Shown here: positions 61,142 through 64,000 of the stretch, piece by piece
Layout: each line of letters opens with the position of its first letter
Position numbering within the stretch: the first letter of the stretch is position 1
From: Torpedo marmorata
Taxonomy: Eukaryota
Assembly: GCA_977017645.1 (NCBI GenBank)
Contig: OZ360219.1
Span: 112,406,001 to 112,470,000 of the forward strand
Length of the DNA stretch: 64,000 nt
Direction: 5' to 3'
Made by a program: the position numbers and the translations under genes
Notes under the pieces: model-generated
The model's database searches: none
Told to the model about the DNA's origin: nothing
What the model saw: only the letters and a program-made list of their open reading frames with translations

Positions 61142-62031
61142 AATCCAACATATTATCCTCTGCAATTTCTGTCACCTACAACATGAACCCACCAACAGAC
61201 ACATCTTCCCCTCTCCTCCCCTCTCCGCCTTCTGTAGGGACTGCTCCCTCAGTAACTCCCTCGTCCACTCATCCCTTCCCACTAATCACCCCCTTGGCAC
61301 CTTCCCATGACCGCAGGAAGTGCCACACTTGTGCCAAACCTCCTCCCTCACCACCATTCGGGGCCCAAACCGTTCTTCCAAGTGAAGCAAAACTTCACTT
61401 GTGTATTTGCGGGAGTCATCTATTTCATCTGGTGCTCCCGTTGTGGCCTTCTCTACATCAGAGAGACTGAATGCAGACTGGGAGATAGCTTCGCTGAGCA
61501 CCTTCACTCTGTCCGCATCAACGACAGGGATCTCCCAGAGGGCAACCATTTCAATTCTGCGCCCAACTCCCACGCGACGTGTCTACCAATGGTTTCATGC
61601 ACTGCCAAACCAAGGCCACCCGTAAATTGGAGGAGCGACACCTAATATTTCGTCTGGGCATTCTCCAACCAAATGGCATTAACATAGACTTCTTCGGTTT
61701 CTGATAGACCACTCCCCATTCTCCCTCTCTTCCCTTCAGCTCTCTGCCCCCTTCTCTCTCCATTCACAGAGCCATCCCCCCTCCTCCTGTTTACTGTTGT
61801 GCTTATCCACCTTTTGCCTTTGGGCCTGTGTTCCTCCTCCCCCTCCCGCCCACCATTTTATTCATGCGCCTGACTATATTTTGCTCATACCTTGATGAAG
61901 GGCTCAGGCCCGAAACGTTGGTTATGTATTTTCACTTTTGCTACATAAAGTACACTGTTTGACCTGCTGAGTTTCTCCAGCATTGTGTTTTTACTTCAAT
62001 CACTGCGTCTGCAGACCTTCGTGTTTTACTC
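61142..62031 (+). mobile_element. Penelope-like element 3' part with GIY-YIG endonuclease remnant and pLTR
   Basis: FQVKQNFTC...GVIYFIWCSRCGLLYIRETECRLGDSFAEH (ORF 61307-61645); hammerhead-like motif at 61886-61929. Confidence 0.85.
61886..61929 (+). ncRNA. Minimal type I hammerhead-ribozyme-like motif
   Basis: TTGATGA-A-GGGC(TCAG)GCCC-GAAAC-GTTG-GTT: core boxes, 4-bp stem II, palindromic AACGTT stem III; first core base deviates from CUGANGA. Confidence 0.55.
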
Positions 62032-62297
62032 GACTCTCTTTCTGACTGTAAGGAGCGCTGGGCAATGCGAATAGCGAATCTTCATCTGCCCTATGGCCGA
62101 CTAAAGGCAATTTTGTGTATTATTACATTTTTGTTTTATTATATGACAATAAATAAAGAATCTGAAGTTACATCAATAGATGTGATGCCAAAATTGTACA
62201 TGCAAAAATTAGCAAAACCAGCAGAATTAGATAGGGACAGCACTGTGCTGAGGGCTTTAAAAATGGAGTTGCACTCTGTGAGCTGCTGATATACTTA

Positions 62298-62627
62298 CAG
62301 TAAAATTCCTACAATCCAGTACTCTCAGGATTTAATGGTGCAGAAATGGCACATTTGTCCAGACTATTGGATGTTACTTCCACCAATGTATCAATGCACT
62401 TTTGATTCACTATTTTGTTAGATGTTACAGTGGTAATTTTATTTCAGTGAACCAGGTCAGTCCAAAGGCAGTGGAGGATGGGCAGGGGTGGGGGAGGAGT
62501 GAGGAAGGATTGGGACCAGGGCCCTAGTCAGTACAAAGGTACTGTGGGGGAACATAACACAGTGAGCTGGGAGCCAAACTTTCAGGGCACCTGAGGAATC
62601 GGACAGTAGATTGTCAGTGCTTTACTG
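62298..62627. mobile_element. Old Tigger-like MITE
   Basis: TA|CAGTAAA ... TTTACTG|TA termini; longer TIR match is poor. Confidence 0.45.
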
Positions 62628-63059
62628 TAGCTCTCCACATGATTTATGATAACAATCCAAAAACTCATATTCCAAACTCTCCATGGCAGATGTGGAATTG
62701 AACAGGCAAAGTCTACCACCCATCTGTTGGAAAGACCCATCTGGTGGAAATGTTCCATCCTTGCTTGGTCTGGCTTGTATCTGACACCAGACTGACAGTT
62801 GCTTTGTCACCTCTTAACTACCCTTTGAAGTGGCCCAACAAGCCACTCAGTTGTATAGTTCAGAGTTAGTATTCCATCAAGGCAACCCACAAAAAGGTTG
62901 TCACTCTCCGGCACCTTTTTGAATTTAACAATTCACAGAAAACCAGATGTTCAGGAAATAACAGGCAAAATGATTCACCGTGATATCGTTCAAACTGGGT
63001 TTCCAGCATTTCAACAAGTCGCAAAACAAAATCGTACAACAGATACCATGTCCACACAA

Positions 63060-63297
63060 CAGGGTCGGCACCAAGGGTGGGCATTGCCCCCCCCCCCCCA
63101 CTAGACCACTGTCAGACCCATTCGCGTCCCGACTACAGTCAGACCCGCCCCCGTCACTAGCGTGCGTTAAGCGTCACTAGCGACTCGCGTCACTAGCCAC
63201 TAATGACTCTTAACGCACGCTAGTGACGCTAGAGACTCTCCACGACCACGTAATATAAGCAGCGCTTTTGTCGGCTACGTCGGAGGCGCTGACCCTG
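63060..63297. mobile_element. hAT-superfamily MITE (238 bp)
   Basis: TIRs CAGGGTCGGCACC / GGCGCTGACCCTG and a perfect 8-bp TSD CCACACAA (63052-63059, 63298-63305). Confidence 0.9.
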
Positions 63298-63838
63298 CCA
63301 CACAATCATGAAGAAGGCCCGGCTATAGTTTGTGAGGGGTTTGAGGAAATTAGGTATGTCACCAAAGACTCTTGCAAATTTCTACAGGTGTACTATGGAA
63401 AGCATTCTGAGTGTTTGTATTGTTGTCTGGTATAGTGGTGTCAATGCAAAGGGCCGGAAAAGACAACAGAGAGTTGTGAACTCTGCCAGCACCATCATGG
63501 GTATCAGTCTGCACTCCATTAAGGACATCAACAAGAGGCAATGTTTCAAGCAGGTAGCCTCTATCCTCAAGGACCCTCACCACCCAGGCCATACCCTCTT
63601 CTCACTGCTACCATCAGAAAGGAGGTACAAGAGCCGGAAGACGAACACCCAACGGTACAAAAACAGCTACTTCCCCTCTGCCATCAGATTTGTGAATAGA
63701 CAATGAACCACAGACACAACCTCACTTTTCTCTTCTTTTCCACCAATTTTTTAAAAATATATAATTTATAGCAATTTTGCGCCTGTAATGCTGCCACAAA
63801 ACAACAAATTTCGTGACACATGATAATAAATTCTGATG
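63298..63838 (+). mobile_element. 3' fragment of a Rex1/Babar-type LINE
   Basis: LANFYRCTMESIL...DPHHPGHTLFSLLPS...SYFPSAIR; tail GATAATAAATTCTGAT. Confidence 0.85.
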
Positions 63839-64000
63839 TGTAAAGAGATCAAAACTAAACCGGTGGGACTAAACTGTCAGTAGACTAGGCACCAAAACTG
63901 GTCTTTAAGTCACAGTCATAAGGCCTTACAAACATATTGCTGCTGTTACTGAATCTAAATGCCTGAACTCCCTGCCCTACCGCAGCATGGTACAAGTATC

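Larger units (their letters stand above)
60495..62166 (+). mobile_element. Non-coding element with Rex1/Babar-like 5' and 3' ends, interrupted by a Penelope fragment
   Basis: Begins AAGATGGCG / AAAATGGCGG, ends TGACAATAAATAAAGAATCTGAA; GACT duplicated at the Penelope junctions. Confidence 0.5.

Noticed and set aside
52050-64000. Upstream PSD3 exon (GETQERERVL-like)
   Set aside because: Looked for by eye and not found; probably beyond the window, though a short exon could have been missed.

Overview
Repeat-dense vertebrate genomic DNA; the repeat repertoire (HE1/V-type SINEs, CR1, Rex1/Babar, Penelope-derived palindromes) suggests a cartilaginous fish (inference). The window lies inside a minus-strand PSD3/EFA6D-like ARF6-GEF gene, of which two Sec7-domain exons are visible (50466-50408 and 28540-28451). 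The introns hold nested mobile DNA: a deleted endogenous retrovirus (tRNA-Ser-like PBS, 5-bp TSD, gag with PPPY/PTAP/LYP motifs), three Gmr1-type LTR retrotransposons (two sharing an in-frame loss of the RT core), a CsRn1-like Gypsy, a CR1 with intact ORF2, a full-length Rex1/Babar LINE, L1-clade fragments, a 5S-rRNA-headed SINE with a second truncated copy, Penelope-derived elements with hammerhead-ribozyme-like motifs, and several MITEs. All calls were made by eye, without database searches; family names and identity estimates need computational confirmation, and degenerate element boundaries are approximate.
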